A stretch of 64,000 bases of DNA from a virus (IMGVR_UViG_3300020578_000020:1-64000), one strand, 5' to 3'. Numbered from the stretch's first letter, positions 9,438 to 20,013 are shown. Translations and numbers: made by a program. Notes: generated by a model not told the origin, from the letters alone.

Positions 9438-10055
9438 ATGAAAAAAATAATCAGACTTACAGAAAGAGATTTAACCCGTATCGTTAAACGAGTTATAAAA
9501 GAAAATGAGGATGAATATAATTATGACAACACAAAAAATAATCCCGATACCATTTTTGTAAAATTCACTTTTGGGGGTCTCACTAGATTTTATAAACAAT
9601 ATATTAAACCTACCACCGATTATTATCGTGATACTTTTGTTTACTATGGTTCTTGGCCGGAACTTGACCCTGAGTCCTCAAAAGGATTGGAAATGAAGGA
9701 CAATTATTTTTATTTATTATTTAAACTTTATAACCCTGAAGATTCAGAAAAAAATAATAATTATAATAAACAGGGTTATCCACCTGCGACTTTATATTTC
9801 ATAAAATATAATAAAGAGGCCGGGGAGATAAACATTTATTCTCTGAATGCTGATGATAAAATCCAACAAAATTTTCAAGCCAATTATTCTTACGAATTTG
9901 TAGGAAATAGACTGAATGCGGATTGGAATACCTATTGTAGATTTAATAAAAATGGAAAAGAAAGAGTCGTTGATATTGGTTCAACTGACCATCGTGGATA
10001 TTTTAAAATTGTTGATACGTCAGGTTCGGAAGAATCTTTATCCGAAAAATATTAA
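9438..10055 (+). CDS. RLTESDL-leader hypothetical protein
   Basis: MKKIIRLTERDLTRIVKRVIKE. Confidence 0.8.
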   Translation: MKKIIRLTERDLTRIVKRVIKENEDEYNYDNTKNNPDTIFVKFTFGGLTRFYKQYIKPTTDYYRDTFVYYGSWPELDPESSKGLEMKDNYFYLLFKLYNPEDSEKNNNYNKQGYPPATLYFIKYNKEAGEINIYSLNADDKIQQNFQANYSYEFVGNRLNADWNTYCRFNKNGKERVVDIGSTDHRGYFKIVDTSGSEESLSEKY

Positions 10056-10159
10056 TGAAGTATTCACAAAAAAATTTCTGGAAAAAATTTTTATAGAAAT
10101 TTGCAACTATTTCCCCCACTTATAGAAGATCTGTATATTTATTTCTAAAGATATTAATT

Positions 10160-10591
10160 GTGAAAAAAATTATAAGACTTACAGAATCTGATTTAGATCG
10201 TATTGTTAAACGAGTTTTAATAGAAAGTATTGATTATAATGAAATCACAGAAGAATTTTACGAAATTGAAGATATGTTGATTGAAATGGCAGAAAAGGGT
10301 GTATTTGTTTTACATGTTACTAATGACAGTAATGGTACTACAGATACATATGGTGATGATGAATCTTTTTCTAAAACTAAAAATGAGGTGTATGTGAGAA
10401 TTAACCAACCTACGTATATGATAATAGTTCCAAGAGGATCTGATAAGTATTTTGGTGGTAATTTTACAGATTTATTAACAAGACAGTTTACAAATAAATT
10501 TCCTAAAATGAATTTTTCAGGGACTTATGGATATTCTATTGAAGTTAGACCCAAGAAATTTATGGAGCAAGGTTTCTACGGTGAACGATAA
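10160..10591 (+). CDS. RLTESDL-leader hypothetical protein
   Basis: GTG start; KKIIRLTESDLDRIVKRVLIE. Confidence 0.8.
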   Translation: MKKIIRLTESDLDRIVKRVLIESIDYNEITEEFYEIEDMLIEMAEKGVFVLHVTNDSNGTTDTYGDDESFSKTKNEVYVRINQPTYMIIVPRGSDKYFGGNFTDLLTRQFTNKFPKMNFSGTYGYSIEVRPKKFMEQGFYGER

Positions 10592-10653
10592 AACTAAATT
10601 TTTACGGAGTCGAAAGTAATAAATCAACACTTAAAAAAACATAGGTTAAAACT

Positions 10654-10685
10654 CCCCCACCTCATCAAGTGGGGTTTTTTATTTT
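10654..10685 (+). terminator. Intrinsic terminator of a repeated CCCCA...TGGGG-T-tract family
   Basis: GC stem plus T-run; related ones near 13105, 14234, 15437, 38598. Confidence 0.75.
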
Positions 10686-10763
10686 CTAAAGACACGACCC
10701 CCATTTGTATTACATCTCAAATACTAAAAAAAATCTGAGTATTTATTATTAAATAATATTATT

Positions 10764-11084
10764 ATGAAACTAGATAGATTTAACCAACTTTTGAATGCTT
10801 CTCTTGGAAAGATAAAACCCTTAATCACAGAAAGTGAAGATTTAAGTATAAGTAAACCAAAAACTCTCAAAGAGTTTTTAAATAATTGTAAATCAAAAAG
10901 AGGTTCATTTAGAACTTTTACAGATGGAACTCATCTGAAATGTAACAGTATTGGTTTTATTAGTGATAAAAATCCATACACTCCTGGGGGATCAAAAAAA
11001 ACAGGAGTTGTTGGATCTTGGAAATCTGAAAATAATGTGGTGACCTTGACTTCAACTTTATATGGTGTAAAAACTTTAGAATAA
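10764..11084 (+). CDS. RFxQLLES-leader hypothetical protein
   Basis: MKLDRFNQLLNASLGKIKPLITE, same family as 14994 and 19192. Confidence 0.75.
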   Translation: MKLDRFNQLLNASLGKIKPLITESEDLSISKPKTLKEFLNNCKSKRGSFRTFTDGTHLKCNSIGFISDKNPYTPGGSKKTGVVGSWKSENNVVTLTSTLYGVKTLE

Positions 11085-11131
11085 TATAAGTTATTTAAAT
11101 ATAAAAAAATAAATGGAGATATTTATTGAAT

Positions 11132-12454
11132 ATGAAAAAAATAATTAGACTAACAGAATCAGATTTAACAAGGATTGTTAAACAAGCAATTAGAGAATAC
11201 GCTCCTTATGAAAAATCAATTGATGATTTAGAAAAAGATTTTGAACGAAAACACAGATTCTTTGGCTTATCCGACGAAGATGTAGATGAGTTGATTGACC
11301 GTCGACATGCTTTAGACAAACCAGGCTCTCAACTTTGGGCACCTGAAACAGAAGACGAATTTAAAGATGAATTTGGATACGATTACTCTGCGTATAAAAA
11401 TCATCAAGATAAAATTAATAAACTAACAACTTATTATAAAGAAAAAATTATTTACGATTTTTTACAAAATATAAATTTAACTTCTGAAGAAAATGAAAAA
11501 CTTGAATTTTTGGATGAAAAATTAAGTAATCCAAATTTGGGCTCAGATAAAATAGAAAGATATAAAAACCTCAAAAATCAATTGTATTTGGGACACCTAA
11601 ACAAGTATCTCAACTCATTAGATAAAAAATATTTTGGTCAATATTTTATTTCAAATAATTACAATTATTTTAAGGATAAAATTAAAGATTTTGCATATAA
11701 TAATAATTTCCCATCAAAACCAGTTCCACCAACCTCATCAGAAGAACCAAATTTTCTTCAAAGAACCGCAAAGAAAGTTAAAAACTATTTTGGGTTATCT
11801 GAAAATAGAAGACTTACAGAATCAGATTTAACCCGTATCGTTAAACTAGTTATTGCTGAATCAGAACAGACAGAAAAAACTCCTGAATATACGGTACAAA
11901 GTGGAGAAATAATTTTGAAAGGAGTAAAAAATAAAGGTACTTCAGATGTAGATTTAAAAATTTTTCAAGGAACTAAATTTGTGAAGGAAGGTAAAAAGAT
12001 GGTTGCTAATACAAAATATCAATTTACGGATAGTTTCGGTAATGTAGTTATTGGGGTAGGAGCGACCCCCAAAATGAGATCGGGCAAAACGTACACAGGT
12101 AAAGTTACTTATGGATGTGACACTGGAAGATTCACTGTAAATATAAGAACTGATTTAAATTTTTATGCCGGAGATTTCCAAGCCCGTGCCGTATCATTAG
12201 CTAAAGAATTACAAAAGAATTGTAAAATTAAAGTCGATGATAATCCCGTAGTTGGATCCCACCCCTGTGATCTAAATAAACAAGGCACGAGAATTGCTAA
12301 AGGAAAATCTTTTGATTATTGTTTCAATCAAGACAAATATTATTTCAAAGGAACTAAAGGTGATTATTTAACAAAATACAAAGATTGGACTGAGGCAAGT
12401 GGAACGGGATTAGAGGCAATAAAATCTAAAATCTTCCCAGACATAGGAGCATAG
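11132..12454 (+). CDS. Fused double RLTESDL-leader protein
   Basis: Leader at N-terminus and again at ~11808 (RRLTESDLTRIVKLVIAE). Confidence 0.8.
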   Translation: MKKIIRLTESDLTRIVKQAIREYAPYEKSIDDLEKDFERKHRFFGLSDEDVDELIDRRHALDKPGSQLWAPETEDEFKDEFGYDYSAYKNHQDKINKLTTYYKEKIIYDFLQNINLTSEENEKLEFLDEKLSNPNLGSDKIERYKNLKNQLYLGHLNKYLNSLDKKYFGQYFISNNYNYFKDKIKDFAYNNNFPSKPVPPTSSEEPNFLQRTAKKVKNYFGLSENRRLTESDLTRIVKLVIAESEQTEKTPEYTVQSGEIILKGVKNKGTSDVDLKIFQGTKFVKEGKKMVANTKYQFTDSFGNVVIGVGATPKMRSGKTYTGKVTYGCDTGRFTVNIRTDLNFYAGDFQARAVSLAKELQKNCKIKVDDNPVVGSHPCDLNKQGTRIAKGKSFDYCFNQDKYYFKGTKGDYLTKYKDWTEASGTGLEAIKSKIFPDIGA

Positions 12455-12633
12455 TAAAAATTTTTAGGAAAAAATCTTTCAAACCTGAAATATCCCCCAT
12501 ATGTAAAAAAAAAATTTTGACAAAATCGTAAAGTTATGACATCATAAGTAATATGTCTAACAAATATATATTGCGATAAAAAAAGTGTAATTCAAGTAAT
12601 TTTTTGTATATTTGTATTATAAATTAATTGACT

Positions 12634-13038
12634 ATGATTTTCGAATTCACGCAACCCAAAGGTAAAAACGACATTAAATGTAATCGTGATTGTATGGTTA
12701 GAGCAGTAACCAACATCACTAAAGAAGAATATAGTAAAGTTCATAAAATTATGTATGGATACGGTTGGCGAGCTAGTAGGGATTCGTCTAAAGGTAAATG
12801 GCAAGAACAGATTACTAAAACTCTTAATGATTTAGGTTTCAAACATAAAAAAATTTCATTTCCAGCAATTGAAGGACAGAATAGAATGACTGCAAAAGAA
12901 TTAAGTAAATTAAATCCTAATAGTAAATACATTATTAGAGTTGCAAAACATGTATCTGTCTTAGATTGTGGTAAATTATTAGATACGTGGGATTGTTCAG
13001 ATAGTTGTATATATTTCGCTTGGGAAATTATAAAATAA
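12634..13038 (+). CDS. Hypothetical protein with DCxVRA motif, possible papain-like Cys-His-Asp fold; paralog of 35097
   Basis: RDCMVRA...HVSVLDCG...DTWD; TATATTTG box upstream. Confidence 0.6.
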   Translation: MIFEFTQPKGKNDIKCNRDCMVRAVTNITKEEYSKVHKIMYGYGWRASRDSSKGKWQEQITKTLNDLGFKHKKISFPAIEGQNRMTAKELSKLNPNSKYIIRVAKHVSVLDCGKLLDTWDCSDSCIYFAWEIIK

Positions 13039-13169
13039 AGTTATGGGCAATAAAAAGTGTATAGATTGTTTTTTGAACCTGCCGAATAAATAAATTAATA
13101 TTTAACCCCATTCTTATCAAGTGTGGGGTTTTTTTGTTTTTTGATATATTTATAATAAAAAATAGTATA

Positions 13170-13420
13170 GTGAAAAGAATAATAAGACTTACAGAATCAG
13201 ATTTTATCGTATTGTAAAACAGACCATTAGTGAAAATGTTAATAATATGGCGGATGATTTGAGGGGTGTATCAAAAAGGCTCAATCTTTCACTGGATGAC
13301 TACATTAGTGATATGAAAAGAGGTGATTCAAGAAAAATGGAAGATTCAAAAGAAATTGTAAAAAAAAATATAAGAAGAATGGAAGACATTCTAGATAAAT
13401 TAAAAAGAAAGTTAAAATGA
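13170..13420 (+). pseudogene. Frameshifted RLTESDL-leader gene
   Basis: GTG KRIIRLTESD, then 1-nt loss near 13203; other frame reads RIVKQTISE...KRKLK to the ATGA overlap at 13417. Confidence 0.65.
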
Positions 13421-14082
13421 AAAAAATAATAAGACTTACTGAAAATGATTTAGCTCGAATTGTTAAACGAGTAATCAATGAACAAGAAACAAATGAATTT
13501 TTTAAAAGAAAAAAAGAATTGGTACTTAAATCAATCATGGAAAACATTAATGAGCATGGCTTGCACCGTGCCGTACAACAACGATTAATGGAGAACAAAG
13601 AAAAAGATACAGTACTTCAATATATTGCTATTAGTAATACAGATTATCCTCGTAGAAAATGTAAAACAAATCCCTCCCAAGAACTTTGTGGTAGTAAAGG
13701 TAAAGTAATTTATGACTACATAGCTAAAGGAATGTACGATGGTGATTTTTTCGGTCTTGGCACCGACGAAGAAGCAATTAAGGGTGCAATTTATGCGGTT
13801 TCTGATAAAAAAACTCTTGATGAATTACAAGCAGAATGTAAGAAAAAACAAAAGAAAGGTTTAATGTGTTGGTTACAAACTGAAATGCCTGTAAATACCT
13901 ACACATCCTCGGGCTCCGAATATGAAGAACCTCAAACTATATTTCAATATGCGCATCACTATCTTAAAGGTGAAGCAGGCACTAACAGACCTGTTATAAA
14001 AGAAATACTTAGACATTTGCGTCAATTTGATCCTTCAATCACAGCTTGTGACAAAAACGTGGATACTTTGGGGTTGGATTAG
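13417..14082 (+). CDS. RLTESDL-leader protein with annexin-like GxGTDE motif
   Basis: Leader; KGM...GLGTDEEAIKGAI. Confidence 0.65.
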   Translation: MKKIIRLTENDLARIVKRVINEQETNEFFKRKKELVLKSIMENINEHGLHRAVQQRLMENKEKDTVLQYIAISNTDYPRRKCKTNPSQELCGSKGKVIYDYIAKGMYDGDFFGLGTDEEAIKGAIYAVSDKKTLDELQAECKKKQKKGLMCWLQTEMPVNTYTSSGSEYEEPQTIFQYAHHYLKGEAGTNRPVIKEILRHLRQFDPSITACDKNVDTLGLD

Positions 14083-14393
14083 TTAATTAAAGACATGAAG
14101 CGTCGAAGAAAACACATTTCACTTTTCGAATACTACTCAGATATGCCTAACCAATTTAGCGTACAAGAGCTTATTCCTACATTTGGCCGGAGTAACCTAA
14201 AAATGTTAAACAAATAAAATATTTATTTAATTAACCCCCCCATTCCTAATAAGAGTGGGCTTTTTATTTTCCACAGAAACAGGACCCTGATTTTAAATAA
14301 ACTCTCATCTGTCAAAATAAATTTTTGGGAAAAATTTGGAACTTATTTTCCACACTTATAAAGAACACTATATTTATTACTAAAGAATACATT

Positions 14394-14798
14394 ATGAACA
14401 GAAGTTACAGTAAAATAAGACACATTCAAAATTCAAATCTTCTTTTAGAACAAAGAAGAATTTTGTTAAAGGAACAAACAACCACGGCTACCACAACAGC
14501 AACCACGGCTACCACTCAGACAACAACTATAAATCAAATGGTGGATGGTCCAAGACAATTTTACTTTGATAAAGATAATGTAAGGAATTATTATGTATAT
14601 CAGCAGGGAGCTAAATTTTATGTTTATTACCAAGATAACCCAACTAATTACCAAGCACCGGATAAATTAGCAAGATTAAATAAATTATCTTATGACACTA
14701 AGGAACAAGCTGTTAGGTGGGTAACGGATGAAATTGAAAGGGAAAAGAATGAACGAGATAACCCCACCGATATGGGCGGGTTTATGAATATTGATTAA
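14394..14798 (+). CDS. SYSKIRHIQ-leader hypothetical protein with Thr-rich linker
   Basis: ~85-nt promoter+leader block identical to that of 15500; start moved from 14325. Confidence 0.8.
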   Translation: MNRSYSKIRHIQNSNLLLEQRRILLKEQTTTATTTATTATTQTTTINQMVDGPRQFYFDKDNVRNYYVYQQGAKFYVYYQDNPTNYQAPDKLARLNKLSYDTKEQAVRWVTDEIEREKNERDNPTDMGGFMNID

Positions 14799-14993
14799 TA
14801 TTATTTGGTTATTTCTAAAAATTTTCCCTTTGGGTTGACAATACTTCCTCTAATAAAGAGGGGGTTTTTTATTTTCCACAGAAACAGGACCCTGATTTTA
14901 AAAAGAACCCAAATATCAAAAAAGAATTTCTGGAAAAATTTGGAAACTATTTCCCAATATAGAATATCGGTATATTTATAATAAAACAAAATT

Positions 14994-15431
14994 ATGGACA
15001 AGAATAGATTTAGACAATTACTAGAATCAACAATGGGAAATGTTAGACCGTTGATTATGGAACAAACCAATAATGGTATAACAACTTTGATAACTTGGTC
15101 AAAAGAAAAAAACAAAGATAATTCTTATTGTAAACCTGAAGAAAAAAAAAGGAAGAGTATGGATGATGAAGGTTATTGTCCGAAAGGCACTTGGAAATAT
15201 ACTATAAATGGTGATAGATTTGATTATTATGATAAAGATGGAAAACTAATCGCCAGTGATTCAAATGTCCCTCCAACACAAGAAACTTATAATAAGACTG
15301 TAAATAATCTGTCAAATTTATCAAGATATGTAAAAGATATGAAAACAGATGTAAATGGAACTTGGGCTTATCCAGGTTATAACGATGTGTATTTTTATGG
15401 TGAAAAAGGTTTTATAGGGATTGTGAAATAA
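14994..15431 (+). CDS. RFxQLLES-leader hypothetical protein
   Basis: MDKNRFRQLLESTMGNVRPLIME. Confidence 0.8.
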   Translation: MDKNRFRQLLESTMGNVRPLIMEQTNNGITTLITWSKEKNKDNSYCKPEEKKRKSMDDEGYCPKGTWKYTINGDRFDYYDKDGKLIASDSNVPPTQETYNKTVNNLSNLSRYVKDMKTDVNGTWAYPGYNDVYFYGEKGFIGIVK

Positions 15432-15499
15432 AATTAACCCCATCTTCAACAGGTGGGGTTTTTTATTTAACCAATATATTTATTACTAAAGAATACATT

Positions 15500-16051
15500 A
15501 TGAACAGAAGTTACAGTAAAATAAGACACATTCAAAATTCAAATCTTCTTTTAGAACAAAGGTATTTAAATGAAGAATCTTCTCAAGAGTTCTCAACTGC
15601 GATTTCCACATTGTCTACTGAAGTGGGGGAACCAATAGATCCTGAAATGGCAAAAGAAGCAAGTAGTTGTAGTTTTGATGAGATCGAACTTGATTCAAAT
15701 CAAAAACCTGAGTCCGTTACCGCATTTCAAGAAATAAAACAAAAGATTGAAGATTTGGTTAAATCTAAAAATAAAGAAGACCTTAAATCAGCGTTTAAGG
15801 AAATTAAACAAATATTAAAATCCAATAAAAAAGAAGATCAATCAGATGAAACCTCTAATTTGCAAGAACAAACTGGAGCTCTTCTTGTTGCAACAACAAT
15901 CCTTGGGGTTACAGCACCTTTGTGGGTGTGGATTGCAATTGGGGTTGTTGTTTTATATCTTTTGTTAAAAGCAATTATCTCATTATCAAGTTGGATTCCA
16001 AGATCAAGTGGAACGGGATGTAGAAGAACCAAAACATTTAGAGTTAGATAA
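15500..16051 (+). CDS. SYSKIRHIQ-leader protein with C-terminal membrane segment
   Basis: MNRSYSKIRHIQNSNLLLEQR; hydrophobic C-terminus after LQE. Confidence 0.8.
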   Translation: MNRSYSKIRHIQNSNLLLEQRYLNEESSQEFSTAISTLSTEVGEPIDPEMAKEASSCSFDEIELDSNQKPESVTAFQEIKQKIEDLVKSKNKEDLKSAFKEIKQILKSNKKEDQSDETSNLQEQTGALLVATTILGVTAPLWVWIAIGVVVLYLLLKAIISLSSWIPRSSGTGCRRTKTFRVR

Positions 16052-16108
16052 TTTTAAAAATTATTTTCCATTTTATATAAGTGGTTGTATTTATTAATAA
16101 ATAATTTT

Positions 16109-16930
16109 ATGAAAAAAAATATATTTTTAATCACAGAAGAAGAAAAAAGAAGAATCTTAGGCTTACATGAGGCGGCTACTAAAAGGGCATATCTTTTAGA
16201 AGAGACACAATCTACTGTTACTACGGCAACAACTCCTGGTACTACGGCAACAACTCCTGGTACTACGGCAACAACTCCTGGTACTACGGCAACAACTCCT
16301 GGTACTACGGCAACAACTCCTGCTACTACGGCAACAAGTAAATTTGGTGTTGATTACAAATACAATTATCCTAACGACAAATCTTACGTATATGGTTACA
16401 AAGATGGAAAATGGTATGCTAAAAGTGTTGCTAATAATAACGAATTTGATTTATCTACAAATCCGAAATGGAAATCCTCAATAGATAATTTAAATAAACA
16501 ATTTGCATCACAAATTAAAGCACCTGCGGTATCACCAATAGGAACAAGTAGTTCTCCCGCACCTGAGGTTAAATTAGCAGCAACACCATTAAATCAAATG
16601 CAAGTACAATCAAACGCACCTGAGGTTAAATTAGCAGCAACACCATTAAATCAAATGCAAGTACAATCAAAAGCTTCAAATCAACAATTGGCAACAGGAC
16701 AAGCGGTAACAGCACAAACAGATCCCCAAGTTAGTGCGGATCTTAAATCGGCATCTGAAATTAAAAAAGAGTTCCGTCAAGGTAAAAGCGATTTGAAAAA
16801 ATTACAAAAAGACAGAAATAAATTATATAACGTTTATAACCGTCTGGCTGATAAAATGGATAATCTAACTCAAAAAAATTATTTAGATAGTATCGCACAA
16901 TTTGACGAATTATTGCGTCAACAAGCGTAA
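16109..16930 (+). CDS. EKxRIL-leader low-complexity protein
   Basis: MKKNIFLITEEEKRRILGLHE...LLEE; TTATTPG repeats. Confidence 0.8.
   Translation: MKKNIFLITEEEKRRILGLHEAATKRAYLLEETQSTVTTATTPGTTATTPGTTATTPGTTATTPGTTATTPATTATSKFGVDYKYNYPNDKSYVYGYKDGKWYAKSVANNNEFDLSTNPKWKSSIDNLNKQFASQIKAPAVSPIGTSSSPAPEVKLAATPLNQMQVQSNAPEVKLAATPLNQMQVQSKASNQQLATGQAVTAQTDPQVSADLKSASEIKKEFRQGKSDLKKLQKDRNKLYNVYNRLADKMDNLTQKNYLDSIAQFDELLRQQA
16220..16336 (+). repeat. 21-bp tandem repeat x~5.5 (ACTACGGCAACAACTCCTGGT)
   Basis: Encodes TTATTPG; a separate ~57-bp tandem duplication lies at ~16559-16671. Confidence 0.95.
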
Positions 16931-16998
16931 AAAAAATCAAACAACTAATTTTTTAAAAAACTAAAAACCATTTAGAAAATAAAAATATTTATTTCTAT

Positions 16999-17436
16999 AT
17001 GAAATACATTATCTCTAAAGATCAGTATAGAAGAGTTCTTTTAAAATACTTCAATAGTTTTATTGGTGATCTAGTTGTTGCCCCTTATGAAAAAGGATCC
17101 AGTTATAGAAATGTTAAAACTACTGATGGTAGTGATTTTGCAACCTTTTGGCGTAAGGGGCCAATTACAAAAGGATGTAAAAGAGAATTATCTTTAGATG
17201 GTGATTTTACAACTGATTTTGAGAGTTTTATTCCCATTAACAGAAAAAAAGTTTTTTCACAAGTGGTTCTTGAGTATTTCACTTTGAAAACGGGAATTAA
17301 ATGTGATTGTATTGAGTATAATTATTTTACAGGAAAATACCGAGATATCGAGAGGTTTGATAATGATGGAGAGGTAATTAGCACTACTGAAAGGACTTAC
17401 GATTTATACCAATATAAAAAACCTAAAAAACGATAA
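16999..17436 (+). CDS. Hypothetical protein
   Basis: MKYIISKDQYRRVL start; TATTTAT upstream. Confidence 0.7.
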   Translation: MKYIISKDQYRRVLLKYFNSFIGDLVVAPYEKGSSYRNVKTTDGSDFATFWRKGPITKGCKRELSLDGDFTTDFESFIPINRKKVFSQVVLEYFTLKTGIKCDCIEYNYFTGKYRDIERFDNDGEVISTTERTYDLYQYKKPKKR

Positions 17437-17610
17437 TTCTTCCTTTTTAACGGGTGCCGGACACCGCGGACCCCGACTTCGTCGGTTTTTTTGACCGACC
17501 GAACCCTTCGGGTTTTTTTTAATTTATTTAATAATCCACTTAGGTTGTCATCTTAGGTAAACGGGTCCATTTTTTTGTTGTTTTCGGATATATTTATAAA
17601 TAAAAAAACT

Positions 17611-18006
17611 ATGAAACAAATTGTAAGACTAAACGAAAAACAATTAATCAATCTTGTAGAAAGAACAGTTAATGAGATAAATCAAAATACGGTTAAACGA
17701 CAAAATTTGAATGAGGGATCAACTTGGGAAGGAATAAAAGGATATTTCAGAGGGAAAGGATATTATTATACAAAATATTTATCACAGGTTCAAGACCTGA
17801 TAGAAAAGTTACAAAAAAAAATTATTAATGACAAAAAAATTGAATCAGACTTATATGAAATATTAGAAGACGTAACCGAATCTTCGATGGAAGATTATAA
17901 AAAAAAGATTATTTTAGATTTAATGACTGAAATTTCTAATACAATTAAAGGGGCGAATGAAAACTTGGAATATCATATCAGAAAAATAAAAAATTTAAAA
18001 CTATGA
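17611..18006 (+). CDS. Divergent RLTESDL-type leader protein
   Basis: MKQIVRLNEKQLINLVERTVNE; start moved from 17575. Confidence 0.75.
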   Translation: MKQIVRLNEKQLINLVERTVNEINQNTVKRQNLNEGSTWEGIKGYFRGKGYYYTKYLSQVQDLIEKLQKKIINDKKIESDLYEILEDVTESSMEDYKKKIILDLMTEISNTIKGANENLEYHIRKIKNLKL

Positions 18007-18473
18007 AACCATACCAAAAATATTCCGATAAAGCAATTATACCTATTATCCAAAACATAATTGAATCTTTGGAATCGTATGGTATGTATCTTGAAGACAT
18101 AGATGATGTTGAAAATAATTTTGGAGAGTTATCTGAAATTATAACAAAAGAATTAAATTCATATTTAAGTAATGTTAGTTTTGAAGATGTAACATACTTT
18201 ATTGCAATCATAATAATGAATGATGACTTTAATCCCCCTCTCAAAAGACCTAATTTAAGAACATTCAAAATTACTCATGTGTTTCAAGAAATAGACACGG
18301 TAGATTATACTTATAGAACTGAGATGAAAAGTTTCATACCTTTAAACGAAAAAATTTTAGGTGAATTATCATATATTGGTGAATACGAACCATGGGAAGG
18401 TAATTTAATTGACCAACAAACTATTGATAGTGATCATTCTGAGAATTGGATAGAAAGGATTGATGAAGTTTAA
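18003..18473 (+). CDS. Hypothetical protein
   Basis: ATGA-coupled 156-aa ORF. Confidence 0.7.
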   Translation: MKPYQKYSDKAIIPIIQNIIESLESYGMYLEDIDDVENNFGELSEIITKELNSYLSNVSFEDVTYFIAIIIMNDDFNPPLKRPNLRTFKITHVFQEIDTVDYTYRTEMKSFIPLNEKILGELSYIGEYEPWEGNLIDQQTIDSDHSENWIERIDEV

Positions 18474-18493
18474 AAATTTCCTATATTTTTATT

Positions 18494-18808
18494 GTGAAAA
18501 AAGCAAGTTCCAATTTATTTGATTTGGTCTATGGTGAACTTATTCCAGTAGAGTCGAAGATATTTGGTAAAATGTGTTTTATCTTCTATACGATAGATGA
18601 CGAACTAACCCCTAAAATATTATATTACCCCTCAACTAAAGAAATTAAGACTCTTAGACCTCATGAAATTGAGTTCTCAGAGTTTATACCACTACACAGA
18701 GAAGAGTTTATAAAACAATTTTCCGAGTGGATAAAATCAAGATACTTTGATGAAATTATTTTCAAAGGAATTGACTATGTTGATTTTTTAGAAGAACTAC
18801 TTGTGTAA
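18494..18808 (+). CDS. Hypothetical protein
   Basis: GTG start 4 nt after TATATTTT. Confidence 0.6.
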   Translation: MKKASSNLFDLVYGELIPVESKIFGKMCFIFYTIDDELTPKILYYPSTKEIKTLRPHEIEFSEFIPLHREEFIKQFSEWIKSRYFDEIIFKGIDYVDFLEELLV

Positions 18809-18819
18809 TATTTATTTAT

Positions 18820-19158
18820 ATGAGAATCAATGAAGAGTTAAACCAAATCAAATACCTATTGGAATATAAAAGAGGTCAAGAAATTGACGAAATGGTTTTT
18901 TCTAATTTACCAGGAGTCCAACCTGATAAAATGGACTACCGAAGACCTATACCTGATCCTGATATAATTCCTAATTGTTTTTCTCAAATGTTAAAATCAG
19001 ATTTAAACATGATTTTTTTCGATAAAAATACTTTAAAAGATGAGTCACAAAAAAGAGTTAATGGTGTTGATATGATTTTTAATCCTGATAGACCATCCGA
19101 TGAATTGGGAATTACAATAATAAAAAATGGAAAACCTTTTTGTTTTATAAAAAAATAA
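18820..19158 (+). CDS. Leader-bearing hypothetical protein
   Basis: MRINEELNQIKYLLE; TATTTAT 4 nt before ATG. Confidence 0.7.
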   Translation: MRINEELNQIKYLLEYKRGQEIDEMVFSNLPGVQPDKMDYRRPIPDPDIIPNCFSQMLKSDLNMIFFDKNTLKDESQKRVNGVDMIFNPDRPSDELGITIIKNGKPFCFIKK

Positions 19159-19191
19159 ATACTGAGTTATATTTATATAGAAATATATTCT

Positions 19192-20013
19192 ATGAAATTA
19201 AAAAGATTTAAACAATTATTAGAATCAAGTATGGGGGACGTGAAACCCTTGTTATATGAAAAAGAAACAACGTTTAGAAATTTAAAAAGTATTAATGATC
19301 TAGTTTCTTTAGAGGACAAAACAAACCTAAATGCAAGATATCAAAATACCGCGAGTTGGGAAAGAGCCAAAGGTCCGGCGAAAATCCCAACTGTAATTAA
19401 TGTTGAGGGTAGTAATAACTTTAAATTAGGTAACGACCAAATTGATCCAAATGCACAAGGGGTTAAAAATGCGGTTTTTCAAATTCAACGAATAAGTCAA
19501 TCTGGTGGAGGAACGGTAACCGTAAATGGGTCTAGTTCAAATACTAAGTGGGGAAATTTTAAGGCCGGCTCAACAGAAGCCATAAAAAAAAATACAGAGT
19601 TAGCCGCTAAAAGAAGAGATAATATGATAACATATTTACAAGGTCTTAAAATACCTAATATGACTTTCCAAAAAGGAAATGCAAGTCTTGGTGATTCAGA
19701 TAATCAAGAAAAAGACCAAAATGTAAATATCACAATTTCAGGTTCGAAACTTACTGACGTATACGCCAAAGGTGATATTGGAGACAATACAAGAACTTCA
19801 CCTAAAATCTATGATAAAAACCCAATAAAAACCCAAGACATTACACCAATACCACAACCAAAGGATATTAAACAAATTAGAATTGCGACCAAAGTTCCCG
19901 CAACATACGTAGATGAATTGGAAAAACTTATATTTGATTGGGGAAAATCAGAAAATTTAAATTTAGGTGTTGCAAATGAATACAATTATAAAATCACAAT
20001 ATCAAAAAAATAA
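19192..20013 (+). CDS. RFxQLLES-leader protein with OmpA-like peptidoglycan-binding domain
   Basis: NFKLGNDQI...VTVNGSSS...NTELAAKRRDNMITYL. Confidence 0.6.
   Translation: MKLKRFKQLLESSMGDVKPLLYEKETTFRNLKSINDLVSLEDKTNLNARYQNTASWERAKGPAKIPTVINVEGSNNFKLGNDQIDPNAQGVKNAVFQIQRISQSGGGTVTVNGSSSNTKWGNFKAGSTEAIKKNTELAAKRRDNMITYLQGLKIPNMTFQKGNASLGDSDNQEKDQNVNITISGSKLTDVYAKGDIGDNTRTSPKIYDKNPIKTQDITPIPQPKDIKQIRIATKVPATYVDELEKLIFDWGKSENLNLGVANEYNYKITISKK

Noticed and set aside
16220-16336. 21-bp tandem repeat as a regulatory array or DGR
   Set aside because: In-frame Thr/Pro linker; no spacers, adenine-specific variants or reverse transcriptase
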